Below are positions 1 through 13,719 of a stretch of 64,000 nucleotides of DNA, one piece after another. The stretch is from Eledone cirrhosa. Taxonomy: Eukaryota. The stretch is taken from contig OZ024741.1 in the NCBI GenBank assembly GCA_964016885.1, forward strand, positions 207,328,001 to 207,392,000. The letters run 5' to 3'. The position numbers and the translations under genes are program-made. The notes beneath the pieces are model-generated. The model searched no databases. It saw only the letters and a list, made by a program, of their open reading frames with translations, and had not been told where the DNA came from. How positions within the stretch are numbered: the stretch's first letter is position 1; every line of letters starts with the position of its first letter.

Positions 1-578
1 TTCCAGGCTGCGTTGTGTTCTATTGCTATTGTTAGTTGTGTTGTTTCTATTTCTATTTCCACCATCAGCCCCATGGTTGTTTCTATGTCTCTCATTGTTA
101 CTACTGTCCCTTCCTTCTGACTCCTTGTTATTATCTACTCTATTTTGTTTGTCTGTGTGTTCGTCCTGGTTATTTCCTCTGTCATTGTCATTAGTCTTAT
201 TAGTCTTACCTATCTTGTTTCTATGTCTCTCATTGTTACTCCTGTCTCTTTCCTCTGGCTCATTATTATCTAGTCTATTTTGTGTGTCTGTGTGTTCGTC
301 CTGGTTATTTTATCTGTCAGTGTCAATAGTTTTTCTACTTCTCTCATTGCTATTACAGTCCTTCACCTCTGTGTTACTGTCATTATCTGTTTTCTGTGTC
401 TGTGTGTCTGTTAAGATTGTGGTGGTGGTGAGAGGCATAGGATGTGTGTGTGTGTGTTGTTGTTGTTGATGTGTGTTGTTGTTGTTATTGTTGTTGTCTC
501 TGTGTGTGTTGTTGTTATTGTTGTGTGTGTTGTTGTTATCGTTGTTTGTGTCTGTGTGTCTGTTGTTGTTGGGATGTG

Positions 579-676
<98 letters not shown>

Positions 677-1190
677 ATGTCGTTCGTGTTATTACTTTTG
701 TTTTTGTTTTTGTTGTTGTTGTTGAGGCTCCAACGTAATTTTGGAAATGATTTTTCTATTTCTGACAAGCATCTTATCATGTTTATCTTATTATATGTGG
801 CATATTTAGGTGGTAGCTGTAAGATGGATAATTCATCAGAGTCGACTGTAGTGTTGCCGTATATATTTGTGTTATTGTTGTTGAATTCGTCCGTTATTGA
901 AACATCAGCCATGTTTATACCATCAATCATATCTGGATATTTATCTCTATTCTCTGAAGTTTCTTGGTTTAGTTTCATCTGTTTGAGCCACCTTAATTTC
1001 TTGTTAAAGTGTTTGTTGCATTCTTGGATGATGTACTTTTCTTCTTCGTATATAATGTTTATGTATTCTAATTTTTCTTTTGGTGTGGTGATCTTAGTTA
1101 TTTCTTGTATTAGGTTACGCTTATGTTTTTCTTGGTGACTTAATTCTCTGTAAATCTTCTTTTTTATGTTTAGAATTAGTGTTCGTTTTA
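1..1190 (-). pseudogene. Penelope-like element N-terminal (pre-RT) ORF fragment with Asn/(CA)n low-complexity insert, inverted relative to the adjacent EN fragment
   Basis: ORF 310..1314(-) contains ELSILQLPPKYATY...EIEKSFPKLRW, typical of the region upstream of PLE RT. It is joined at about 1190 to a plus-strand PLE 3' fragment. Confidence 0.55.
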
Positions 1191-2221
1191 GCCAAATGGC
1201 GAAAAATGGTAAATAATGATACAAATGGGACCTTCCCCTTGTATAGGAGCAAATTTTGGAATAAAATATATACTGGTGTGATAGCAATAAATACCAGAGT
1301 GTAATGTTCATCAATTCAACTCCTAGAGGTGAACTAGCTTACAAATTTAGAAGGGCACTACATAAATTTAAACTAAATATTAAGATCTTGGAAAGACCAG
1401 GTACCTCCATAAAAACACTTATACATACCCTTTTCAAAGACCTCCCTGTATAGATAAGAAATGCATAATCTGTAAACTAAGCCCCCATTTTCACTGCAAA
1501 ACTAGAAACATAGTATATAACATAAGATGTACTGAGGGACAATGTAAAAATACGAATATAGTGTACATAGGTAATACAGCTCGTAGTAGAGGAGAACGAT
1601 TAAATGAACACTAGCTAGAGCTTCAAGATAGAACAGAATCATCAGTACTCCACCAACATGCTAAAATAGAACATAAGGGCAAATTAGAGAACATAGAAAT
1701 AAAAATAAAATCTACACACAGAAAAGACGCAATGTTTAGACAAATCACAGAGGCAATAAACATAAATGAACTCCAACCAAAGTTAAATAAAAAGCATGAA
1801 TGGAATAGCAACATCACAACTTAGAATTAAGGATAAAATGAAAACGCACACACATAGAACAAACAACCAACTAGGAACCTGTAAATAAACAAATAAATAA
1901 ACAAATATAAACACACACAGACGCCCGGATGTAACACATGCGCAAACTAAGCACACAACACACACAAAAACAAGATGGCGTAGGACAGAACAAAGGAGAG
2001 GCACAAAACAAAGAAAATAATCCCCGGTCACTGATGAGGTCACAGAATGTGTGACGAAAGAACTTTTACAATATATGAACAACAGTCCGGTTGTGGAACC
2101 AACCAATCAACATGAAATTTATAAATTTCTTAAATTTATAATTTAATTTATAATAAATTGGAGTGAAAGCAACTGGTGCGTGTATTTCTTATTGGCAACA
2201 TGACCCTCGCAAAGTATAACA

Positions 2222-2225
<4 letters not shown>
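1191..2225 (+). mobile_element. Penelope-like element family A, 3' fragment (GIY-YIG endonuclease + pseudo-LTR)
   Basis: Frames read VYNIRC...VYIGNTARS.GERLNEH...SVLHQHA...RQITEAINI. Near-identical to 18810-19865. Ends in (TA)n. Confidence 0.85.
2027..2069 (+). ncRNA. Minimal type I hammerhead ribozyme (PLE family A pLTR)
   Basis: GTCA-CTGATGA-G-GTCACA/gaatg/TGTGAC-GAAA-GAAC-TT-TTAC. One stem I mismatch compared with the sister copies. Confidence 0.7.
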
Positions 2226-2255
<30 letters not shown>

Positions 2256-2860
2256 GTATACATACTCATACTCACATATTTATATACATACAGATACATA
2301 TACAGATCCACCCCCAACTATAACGAGACCCCAGCCCGCAGCAGCTTTAAGGACACATTCACCCACATAGACAGCACATCCAGACACTTTAACAGAAATA
2401 GACACAAGTGAATTAGCTGGTACAATCCCTCTTCAACAGGGTGGTTCAACTTAAATTTCAATTTCAATTTCAAAATTTCTTTTATATTATACTCCAGAAA
2501 ACTTGTCGAGTGCTCTGAATTAGTTATAAACATTTATATTTGTTGAATTACCAACAAATTGAATATCCCTTCTGCTTATATATATACATATATATATATA
2601 CATTCATATATATATATATACATATATATACATATATATATACATATATATATATACATATATATATATACATATATATATACATATATATATGTATATA
2701 TATATATAAATATATATATATATATGTATGCAAAAGTTTTATTTAAAATTGTTGGGATACAACAAGTAAATATTTTATAACTGATATAAAGCACTCGACA
2801 AGTTTTTGGAGTAGATATACGATATTAAATAAATGGAAACTATATTTATAAAACCATATT

Positions 2861-2925
2861 TATTTCATTATACATATTTCAGGGATACCAAATTAAAATA
2901 TGGCATGCCTTCGTCAGATAAAATA
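2861..2925 (-). ncRNA. Type I hammerhead ribozyme
   Basis: Reverse complement of 5388-5452. Confidence 0.75.
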
Positions 2926-3376
2926 CAATATATAAACAGTTTTATAGATAATTTTGACGTACCCTATTATAAGCGACCATTATTTTTGGAAGCTGTCTGG
3001 ATAGTGAGATGTTTATAATTATTTTATTAGTTATAGTGTTAAGCACAGTTAGAAAAAAGATGGAGAGAAAGAAAAAACGGGGAGAGAGAAGGAGAGAGAA
3101 AAAGAAGGAGAGAGAGAAAAAAGGAAGATATATATAAATAGATAGGAGGAAATGAAAAAGAAAAAAAGAAAGAAATAAGAAAGGCAAAAGAAAGCAACAG
3201 TGAGATAATAATTCATCATACAGATAGAGAAACTCAAGAGAGAGGAAGTACTATATAGAGAGAAGAGGATACAGTGACAACTTTACGTCATGTCATATTA
3301 AGTTGAATTAACAATTCATATGAAATGAATAATAAAAATGCAAATATCAATATTCATGAATGAGACATAGATATAT

Positions 3377-3558
3377 AATTGTTTCTACTTTAGGCACAAG
3401 GCCAGCAATCACCAGTTCATTACTGGTACTTTATTTTATCGACCCCGTAAGGATGAAAGGCAAAGTCAACCTCGGCGGGATTTGAACTCAGATCGTAAAG
3501 GGACGTAACTATGCTGGAAAGCATGGCGTCCGACCCTCTACCGATACTGCCAATCCAC
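3377..3558 (-). mobile_element. tRNA-derived CORE-type SINE
   Basis: A box TGGCAGTATCGG, B box GAGTTCAAATCC, core GCCTTTCATCCTTACGGGGTCGATAAAAT. TSD catagatatata. Absent from the other arm of the inverted repeat. Confidence 0.9.
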
Positions 3559-5387
3559 ATAGATATATAGTATGAGAAAATAACATTGTTCAATAATGAC
3601 CATATGTTTAGTTTAAAACTCTGAGGTCAATATACCAAAATCTGAGTTAAAACCTTCAAAAATTACCCTATTTATAAAAATACGGATACATATATGTATA
3701 TATATATACACGCATATGTACGTTCTGAAAAAAGAAAAAAGAGAAAATTATGTCTACTCTAGTCAATAATATAGACATACAAATGATTTCACCTGATCAC
3801 TTCTATACATTTCTTGTGTTATAAAAATGTCACAGTATATATACATAGAACATACGATTAATATTCATGTCCTCACATACATGATTACCGTTCATGTATT
3901 TAATATTATGCACATCTGCACCACACATCAACATATACACACAGAACCATACATATACATATATATATATGGATAAATAAATATCTGCGTGAGTGAATAA
4001 AGGTGAAGGAATCATTTGATTCCTTCACCTTTTTCTTTTCAAACTTTCTTCCTAAATATAAACAAGGATATAATAAACTACTCTAAAATGTATATGCTCC
4101 CAATGTATTAAATAAAATTTACGTAAGATAAATTTCTATACTAAATATAAGGGCATCCGTAGAATCACTGGGTCTTCTAAATCTTTTAAATAATTTTTGT
4201 TTTTTATTTTTGTTTTTTGACTCTGATAGCTTCTAATAACTTTCATATGTCTGCCCTTGCAATATCTTGTCTGAGATATAGGTAGGATAGATTTCTATAA
4301 TAAATATATGAAACATATTGTTTTGGCTTGAGATACTCTATAGTGTGTTAAAGATATTTTAATGCTTTGATATTTCTGTATTAATATATTGATATTTGAT
4401 TATCTCTATACAAAGGCCATTTGTGTGTATTAACATGCATATAAAAGGTTTATAGAGTTTATTTATGTGTTCGTATATATGTCTCTATATGTGCATAACG
4501 ATGCTGGAAAACTCACGCAGATATTTATTTATCCATATATATATATGTATATGTATGGTTCTGTGTGTATATGTTGATGTGTGGTGCAGATGTGCATAAT
4601 ATTAAATACATGAACGGTAATCATGTATGTGAGGACATGAATATTAATCGTATGTTCTATGTATATATACTGTGACATTTTTATAACACAAGAAATGTAT
4701 AGAAGTGATCAGGTGAAATCATTTGTATGTCTATATTATTGACTAGAGTAGACATAATTTTCTCTTTTTTCTTTTTTCAGAACGTACATATGCGTGTATA
4801 TATATATACATATATGTATCCGTATTTTTATAAATAGGGTAATTTTTGAAGGTTTTAACTCAGATTTTGGTATATTGACCTCAGAGTTTTAAACTAAACA
4901 TATGGTCATTATTGAACAATGTTATTTTCTCATATTATATATCTATGTCTCATTCATGAATATTGATATTTGTATTTTTATTATTCATTTCATATGAATT
5001 GTTAATTCAACTTAATATGACATGACGTAAAGTTGTCACTGTATCCTCTTCTCTCTATATAGTACTTCCTCTCTCTTGAGTTTCTCTATCTGTATGATGA
5101 ATTATTATCTCTCTGTTGCTTTCTTTTGCCTTTCTTATTTCTTTCTTTTTTTCTTTTTCATTTCCTCCTATCTATTTATATATATCTTCCTTTTTTCTCT
5201 CTCTCCTTCTTTTTCTCTCTCCTTCTCTCTCTCCGTTTTTTCTTTCTCTCCGTCTTTTTTCTAACTGTGCTTAACACTATAACTAATAAAATAATTATAA
5301 ACATCTCACTATCCAGACAGCTTCGAAAAATAATGGTCGCTTATAATAGGGTACGTCAAAATTATCTATAAAACTGTTTATATATTG

Positions 5388-5452
5388 TATTTTATCTGAC
5401 GAAGGCATGCCATATTTTAATTTGGTATCCCTGAAATATGTATAATGAAATA
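5388..5452 (+). ncRNA. Type I hammerhead ribozyme
   Basis: TATTTTAT-CTGACGA-AGG.ATGCCA...TGGTAT.CCT-GAAA-TATGTA-TA-ATGAAATA. Stem I 8 bp, near-palindromic stem III. Confidence 0.75.
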
Positions 5453-5505
5453 AATATGGTTTTATAAATATAGTTTCCATTTATTTAATATCGTATACAT
5501 ATGTG

Positions 5506-5576
<71 letters not shown>

Positions 5577-5935
5577 GTATATATATATGTATATATATAT
5601 ATATAGTCTACGATTTCACAGAACTTATGTTCATCGATTTCAGGGACTTGACTCCTTCTTCCTCCCGTTTGACCTGTGCGAAATTCTTTCCTCACTTACA
5701 TTTCGACCAGGTTGGATGGTCTTTATTCTCTCTAGTCTACGATTTCACAGAAATTTGTTCATCGATTTCAGGGACTTGACTCCTTCTTCAAAAATGTTCG
5801 TTGCATTACCATCTTTGTTTGTTTACTGTCTCGCTCGTTCCCCCTATTTACGTGTCCCAACGACTTTCTTTAGCCGTTGCTCGCATCAACCAGAGATATA
5901 GTCTTTAAAGCGATGAAATACCAATGAAGGCTGGA

Positions 5936-6119
5936 AGATCACTGATGAAGGACTAAATTTATTCATATGTAACCCATATGCAACCACGCAGCACGCCATG
6001 TTTTCATATATTTATATATATATATGTAGATATATATATATAAATATATGAAAACATGGCGTGCTGCGTGGTTGCAAATGGGTTACATATGAATAAATTT
6101 AGTTTTTCATCAGTGATCT
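5936..6119. repeat. Palindrome centred on a (TA)n tract
   Basis: gatcactgatgaa...catgttttcatata / tatatgaaaacatg...ttcatcagtgatc, arms about 75-85 bp. Confidence 0.85.
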
Positions 6120-6218
6120 GATTAAATAAACATGTTTTAACGGTCTATTCTCCGATTTTTTACTTTCCCACGTGCTATATGTAGATATATATATTTTATA
6201 TATATATATATGTGTGTG

Positions 6219-6315
<97 letters not shown>

Positions 6316-6427
6316 AGCAGAAAGGATATTCAATGTGTTGGTAATTCAAAAATATAAATGATTATAACTGATTCAGAACACTTAACAGATTTTCTGGAGC
6401 ATAATATAAAAGAAATTTTGAAATTGA

Positions 6428-7215
6428 ACTACCAGTCAGACTTATTGCACCATCTAAATCGGACTTAGGCATAATTAGCAAATATATATTAGATAGAATT
6501 ATACCATTACTTAAAGAAAAATCACACCTTAAACTATGGAACGGTACTAATGAAGTTATAGATTGGTTCAATAACATAAAATTAAAACATAACAAAAAAA
6601 TCATTCAAATGGATATTGCAAATTATTACTCTTCTATTACTCCTAGTTTACTTAATAAGGCACTTATCTACGCGTCTAAACATGCAGACTTATCTAGTGA
6701 TGAAATGAATATAATTCTAACAGCACGTAAAACACTAATTGAATTTAATAATCATCTCTGGACAAGAGCCGACAGAAAAAACAATTTTGATAACACTATG
6801 GGATCATCTGACTCGGCGCAACTAACGGACCTCGTTGGAATATTTATTAATAATGTACTGCATAGGAAAATGCCAGAGATGACCGGAGGTTTATATCGTG
6901 ACGATATGTTGCTTTTAATTGAAAACCATAGCAATATTGAAATTAATAGGAAAAGAAAATCCATAATACAATTTTTCAACAACTACAATCTTAAGTTAGA
7001 AATAGAGAATAACTACAAAATCGTTAACTTCTTAGATGTAACCTTTCCATAAAATTAACGAAAATCTAAATTATGTAAGTTTCAATTCTAATCATCCTAG
7101 AAGTATTAAAAACACTATTGTCAATAGCGTCCAACAACGGATTTCACGCATCTCCGCTAATAAAAATATTTGTGATGATAAGGCAGAATATTACAATGAG
7201 GCTTTACATAGAGCA
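6428..7215 (+). pseudogene. Penelope-like RT fragment, YRDD-type family
   Basis: PVRLIAPSKSDLG...MDIANYYSSI...TMGSSDSAQLTDLVG...GGLYRDDML...VNFLDVT, then a frameshift to SNHPRSI. Paralogue at 62931. Confidence 0.85.
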
Positions 7216-7223
7216 ATATTCTC

Positions 7224-7326
7224 GTTTTCTGATGAGTTGATCAGAGGTAAATAATGCAATGGAGATCGAGTGACGCAACTTCAAGCGATTAGCGACCTCT
7301 AGAATCAATGAAACAATTGCCAATAC
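7224..7326 (+). ncRNA. Degenerate type I hammerhead with long stem II
   Basis: CTGATGA-GTTGATCAGAGGT...ACCTCTAGAATCAAT-GAAA-CAATTG(palindrome)-CC. The conserved U16.1 appears mutated. Confidence 0.55.
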
Positions 7327-7471
7327 CTGAAATAAAGCCCATTGTTGTACAGCCAACCATGATACTCTTCACTCTTTCACTATTATTACTCCAAGTATAA
7401 CCTACATAGGAATTAACGCAAACTCGCTGCCTAACTATGTAAACATCTTATATATATTTATATATATATAT

Positions 7472-7585
<114 letters not shown>

Positions 7586-7979
7586 ATGTATGTATATTTG
7601 CATATTTATTTCTATATTTATGCATAAAGATTCCTCTCAAACTACTTAAAGTTTCTTCTCACTCTCTTAACCCCATCTTCTTCCTCCCCTTCCCTCCTCT
7701 AATTCACTACTTGATATCTGCCACTAAAAATATATCCCACCACTACTACCTCCAACCACAATGCTACCTATAAACAGCAACGACTTACTATGTCATCCAG
7801 AATTCCTGATGATTTCATCCGAATAAAACAGTAAAACCCATTTCTATATTAGATTTTCGTTGTTTTCACCCTACTAATGTATTGAGCATCTTATTTACTG
7901 TGATTACTCCCTATATCACTCGGGATCTACACACACATACACACACACTGATTGCTTGCTTGCTTGTCTGGAAGGAAAC

Positions 7980-10900
7980 ATTGTTTTAAGAAGCAAATTT
8001 GTTCTGTTGTTATTGTAGTTTTTATATAACAGAAAACAGTATCTTTTCAATAACCTTTCAGCTTGTCACAAACTAATGCCATAACGGCGATGAATTAGTT
8101 TTGCGAGGTTTTTGATATGAAATCGTGTGTCGAAACAAATATTGTTATACTTGGGTAGGGTCATATTGTTGTAATAATATTGCCAGAATTAATAACAGAA
8201 CACACTCACTGTTTAGTTGGTTTTCGATTCTGTGTCTTTTATATCGGTTAATTTAATTTATTCGGTCTTCAATGTTACCATTGACTAACCAGCGGTCAAA
8301 AATACAGATATAATATAGACACAAACACATATATATATAGTCTAACGAAGTTCTTTCGTTTCACATCTGCAACATCGTCAGTGGTGTTATTATGTTTCCT
8401 CCCGTTGTATTGTATGCCTATGCATCTTTATTTAGTCTGTTTATTTATTTATTAATTATTTTATTTTATTTTATTTTTTTTTTTTTTGTATTCTATCTTA
8501 GTTTACTAGTGTGAGTTTATATGTGTTTGTTGTTATTGTGTTTGTGTATGTATTTATTTATTTATTTATACTTCTCTTAGGTCAGTGTTGTTTGTTTGGG
8601 TGTTGTTATTCCATTCATTTTTTTCTGGTTAGCCTTGGCCTTCTAAGTTCTATTTCGCTGGCCTCTCTGATTTGCCTATCTGCTGGGTCATTTCTATGTT
8701 TAAATATTATTCTGATTTCTATGTTGTCTATGTTACCGTCGTGTTGTTGTCTGGCATGTTCGTATAGTACTGAACCATTTTTTCGTCCTTTTAGTTCCCC
8801 CCAGTGTTGGTCTATCCTTTCATCTATGCTACGAGCTGTCTCGCCTATGTATGTTGTTGTCATGTTTCTGCAAGTACCCTTTGTACATCTTATGCTATAG
8901 ACTACGTTTCTAGTTTTACAGTTTATCCGGGGGTTTACTTTACATATAATACATTTCCTATTAGTACAGTGGGTTTTCTTAAAAGAGTAGGTTTTGCTGA
9001 TCAGGGATTTTATGGTCGTTCCTGGCTTTTCTACCACCTTAATCTTTAAGTGGGACTTTCTCAGGGCCTTTCTACACTGGTTAGCTAATTTCCCTCCAGG
9101 GGTAGCGTCTACAAACATGACACTCTGGTATCTCTGATTGTCGTACCATGAGGTGGCTTTCCCTATCTTATGTCTAGTCCTATCAAAGCTATTCCATAAT
9201 TTTCTCCTGTATAATGGACAAATTCCTTTCATGTCCAGTTCTATGAGGGTCTTATATTTCTCCCTGGATCCTTCGTATACTCTCATTCTGTCTTGTTGGT
9301 TGTAGCCAGAGAACTGCATGCGGTTGATGAAGTGTTGGATGTGTATTTCCATATCTTTTGGGTCGCACATGCGGGACACGTTCTTCATCACTCGTACCAA
9401 GTCTACGATCAGAATATTAAACTTAGCACTACTGGACATTGCTGAGTTTTTGAGTATCAGGTATTTGGAGACCATGCGTTTAGCATAGTGTGAGTGGAGA
9501 ATTTGGGCTCTCTTGTCTATAGTATTAATCCAGAGTTCCGTTTCTAATACAGGTAGTCTATTGTTAGGGTGGAAGGGTAGTCGATAGTTACAGTTATATT
9601 CTGGTGTATGGAATTAGCTATCTGCTGGATGCTTTCCATTGTGCTACGTTCTAAATCAAACTTGTTAGCACTCTCTTATGGGGATGTCCTTATTACTATA
9701 TTGATGTCGTCCACGTAACGAGAGTACATGATGAGGTCTATGGAGCTCTCATCAAGGAGATCTTTGAGTCTCCTTTCCCACCATACCATAAAAAGTTTGC
9801 CAACGTCACCAGCTATACTGTCATCAATGGCTGCTCCCTCATTTTGGGTGTAGATTTTCTAATTGAATTTGAATATGTGGCCCTATAGGGTAGTTTTGAT
9901 ACTAGCCCCTATTGCATGTGCGACCATTTTTCTTACCTGATCATTGTTTTGGGGGGACCGTATACCTTTGGTCCACCCAATCCACCTTCTCATGGGAGTC
10001 TTTTGTGCCATTGCGGTTATGGTGGGGGGTCTACCTCTTATGGGTCTACTAGGGCAGAAACGTCTAAGGTCATGGCTGTCTAGATAGTCAGTGTCATAGG
10101 TAAGTCTAAGTAGGAGGCCCAGTTCGTCTGTGTCGACGTCGCAGAACTCCACGTCACTCTCAATGATCATCTCCACACATTTTACACAGCAAAATCAATG
10201 TTAATGGATGGGTACAGTGATACCACATCCATACTGCCTATTATGCAGCTGGATAGGTTTTTGTTTTTGTTGCACTCACTGATTCTGCTGAGGAGGTCTT
10301 CTGTACTGTCACATACATCTGGGGACATCTTGATTATGGGGCGTATAACCATTGAGAGGAAGTACGAGATCCTGTAGTTGCTAGCTATATTTGCTCCGCA
10401 TACAGGTCTTGTCGGGTCTTCGACTGTCTTGTGGTCTTTTCGGAGCCCATACAAGGGGGGGTATGCCATTATTAGACGCCTGGAAGTTGTTGGCAGTGCG
10501 TCTGCTTGGCTTTAGGATTTTCTCTCTCCCATCATGTATTTGCTGTGCAATTTCGCTCGTGTTGGTGATATGTGGTTGCATATCCTTGATGTAGTTCGGC
10601 ATGCTGTCTATTGACATCCTACCAGACTTATACGTGGGTAGACATACTACCTCACCTCCCTTGTGCGCTGCTTGAGGCTAACCAAGCCTTCTACAGATTT
10701 CCTCCCAAGTTGTTGGACCTCTGGTCTGCTCTGTCTCTTAGTATACCGGTCTACTATTTGTCTAATCTTATTTCTAGCTATGGTGAACTGTGCCTCTGTC
10801 TCGTTACCTATTTGCTGTGGTATACAAACCCTTTTATTAAAGGGTAACCTCGTAGGATAGATATTACCCATCTTATATGTTTTGTCAGTTGGAACAAACA

Positions 10901-11403
10901 ATACTGACCTAAGAGAAGTATAAATAAATAAATAAATACATACACAAGCACAATAACAACAAACACATATAAACACACACTAGTAAACTAAGATAGAATA
11001 CAATAACCAATATACATTCACCCAAACACGAACACACATCAAACACTAAACACACACGCAAACGCATGCGCAGAGAAGACAATAAATAAATAAATAAATA
11101 AACAGACTACATAAAAATGGCGTAAGCATACAATACAACGGGAGGAAACATAATAGCACCATTGATGATGTTGCATATGTGAAACGAAAGAACTTTGTTA
11201 GACTATATATATGTGTTTGTGTCTATATTATATCTGTATTTTTTACCGTTGGTCAGTCAATGGTAACATTGAGGACCGAATAAATTAAATTAACCGATAT
11301 AAAAGACACAGAAGCGAAAACCAACTAAACAGTGAGTGTGTTCTGTTATTAATTCTGGCAATATTATTACACAAATATGACTCTCCCCAAGTATAACAAT
11401 ATA
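7980..11403 (-). mobile_element. Penelope-like element family B (RT + GIY-YIG, disrupted) with inverted pLTR at 10910-11403
   Basis: Minus ORFs give PPLYGLRKDHK, RPVCG, MDVVSLYPSI, YSRYVDD, CIIC..NCKTRNVVYSIRC..YIGETARS..HARQQH. 8140-8580 is the reverse complement of about 10910-11403. Confidence 0.9.
8343..8388 (-). ncRNA. Weak or degenerate minimal hammerhead (family B pLTR; sister copy 11155-11200 +)
   Basis: CTGACGA-TGTTGCA.ATGTGAAAC-GAAA-GAAC-TT, with the same GAAAGAACTT stem III as family A. Stem I is poorly paired. Confidence 0.45.
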
Positions 11404-11517
11404 TATATATATATATATATATATTTAAAGCTTAAACAAGGTTCAATGAATAAATCAAAGAATGAGTTTTACAATACATTGGAAGCACTCAACAATATTG
11501 GTTTTCCGGAGTTATTA

Positions 11518-11866
11518 ATATTAATTCAAAATATTAACAAAAATAGACATTCGTGTGATCAAGTATATTTTATTATACATATTTGAGAGGTACTCAGCTA
11601 TCTTCAACAGTACGTCCTCATCAGAAAGATGATGCATGACATACCCTGACTTAGTAGATGGTTAAGATTCAGTCATGGTAGTGAATAAGATATGACATCT
11701 TATTCACTACCATGACCATCTACTAAGTCAGGGTATGTCATGCACCCTCTTATTTTATCTGATGAGGACGTACTGTTGAAGATAGCTCAGTACCTCTGAA
11801 ATATGTATAATAAAATATACTTGATCACACGAATGTCTATTTTTGTTAATATTTTGAATTAATATA
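11518..11866. repeat. Palindromic element carrying a hammerhead on each arm
   Basis: Arms are mutual reverse complements around ataagat-atgac-atcttat (about 11694). The left-arm core has CAAA in place of GAAA. Confidence 0.85.
11751..11817 (+). ncRNA. Type I hammerhead ribozyme
   Basis: TATTTTAT-CTGATGA-GGAC-GTACTG...CAGTAC-CTCT-GAAA-TATGTA-TA-ATAAAATA. Perfect 8-bp stem I. Confidence 0.75.
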
Positions 11867-11876
11867 TATATATATA

Positions 11877-12397
11877 TCTTATATATAAAGTGAAGTTGGG
11901 CGTTGTTTGGTGTACCGAACTTGCATGCTACACCGTTCATCCAATTTTCATGAAACCTCACACATATATGAAACTCAACGCGTAGAGTGGAATAGGCTAC
12001 TTGAAAATTTCGAAAACTCGATAATCGGGACCCCAGAAACCAAAAATCGATATTTACAAAAATCGATGAAACTCGACGCAAGTGTGTATTATGATCTGGG
12101 GATAAACGTGCGCTACATTAAATTTTTGAAAAATCGATAATTGGATCACCAGAGGCAAAAATCAGGACAACTCTACCTTACTCTCTTTCCCTCTCTTCCA
12201 CCTCACTGGCGCAGCCACACCTCCTGCCTGCTGATAAAATACATAGATAGATAAACAAACACATATATAGATATGTATATACTCTCTTTCCCTCTCTTCC
12301 ACCTCACTGACGCAGCCAAAACCTCCTGCCTGCTGATAAAATACATAGATAGATAAACACACACATATATAGTTATGTATATATGTATATGTGTGTG

Positions 12398-12428
<31 letters not shown>

Positions 12429-12435
12429 ATATATA

Positions 12436-12478
<43 letters not shown>

Positions 12479-13711
12479 ATATATATGTCGTCCCACTGCA
12501 TCGTCATGCCTCACCATGCCGCATACATGCTCTGTCAGCCACCATGCCCTCCCCTTCCCTCTCCCTTACCCGCACGACTTGGTCCTTCACGAGTGCCATA
12601 GTTCACCATGCGGAATCCCTGCAACCGTCAATCCCGGCCATCTCCCTTCCCTGCACGCCGTCGTCCCACTGCATCGTCATGCATCACCATGCCGCATCAA
12701 TGCTCTGTCAGCCGCCATCCCCTCTTTGGCCCTTTCTTTTTCCTGACTGCAGTGCTCCTTCAAGACTGCCATGGATCACCATGCGGCATCCTTGCCACCG
12801 TCCACCCCTGCCCTCTTCCTTGCCTGCTGGCCGTCACCCCACTACATCTTCACGCCTCAGGATGCCGCCTCCATGCACTGTCAGCCACCATCCCATCCAC
12901 GGCCCTTTCTTTTGCCTCACCGCCGTGCTCCTTCAAGACTCCCATGGCTATCTATGCCGTATCAATTCCTTGCCACCCGCTTAAACGTCATCAGTATGGC
13001 TTATTATTGCCTCATTTGATCACCGATTTTCGCAGGCTAAACACAATACCAACGTGCACGATAGTCCATGGTAAATCTTTTAATTACATGTTCTTGAGGC
13101 TGTTGCAATGGGAAATAACCCTAGACGCAATTTTGATCAACTTTTTTTCACATATAGCAAATTTACCGGGACAGGTCTTTAGCTACTCAAATCTAATTCA
13201 GAGGTCACGCGTTCATGTAAAAAATCAATAAAACTGAAGCGGGGGTTCGACTTTGCGCAAAAAACAAGGCAAAGTTGCAGATGGGATAATTTTTTACAGG
13301 AACGTCCGATTTTCGTGAAAACAGTCGCAATTGATTCGTCCATTATGCCGCGATTCAGATAAAGTCCCTTTTATTTCTTCTTCTGCACATGTGAGCGCAA
13401 AAATTGTAAAAATAAAAAAATATTTGAAAAAATCGACTTTTTCACCCTGCTTTAAAAATCAACTGAAAATTCAATTTCAAGTGAATTTGACTTCCGTCAG
13501 TCTTGCAAAGAACAATTTCAACGATACACTGTGAACCTACAATTGATCCATTATTTATGCTCAATTACACACCTGCGTATACTAACCTCTGTTTTTTTCC
13601 TTGAGGTTCGAAGGTTTTTGCACCTGTGATGCACGGGAAGTAACTTTCAAACATTTTAACAACAGCCAAAGGTCGACTAAACACCCGGGCAACGCCGGGT
13701 ACTTCTGCTAG
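11877..13711 (+). mobile_element. Non-autonomous Helitron
   Basis: Begins A|TC and ends with the hairpin CCCGG-gcaacg-CCGGG followed by CTAG|T. No TSD. Internal direct repeats at 12177-12365 and 12487-12980. Confidence 0.75.
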
Positions 13712-13719
13712 TATATATA

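Larger units (their letters stand above)
2817..5495. repeat. Large inverted repeat (arms about 2817-3993 and 4511-5495, spacer about 0.5 kb), probably PLE 3' UTR/pLTR copies
   Basis: Reciprocal near-identical ORF translations (2833+/5295-, 2942-/5126+, 3049-/5076+). A hammerhead lies at each outer end. Related to 62030-62900. Confidence 0.9.

Noticed and set aside
7800-7840. CTGATGA-TTTC..GAAT-AAAACAGTA as a hammerhead (similar weak cases at 21048, 21923, 27651, 53724, 58560)
   Set aside because: The GAAA or CUGANGA box is missing or mutated and stem I is not convincing. They may be decayed relics but cannot be supported.
12391-13231. Pro/His/Cys-rich ORFs of about 200 aa as a host or captured gene
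   Set aside because: All three frames are open because of a GC-rich degenerate tandem repeat inside a Helitron, and no domain is recognisable.
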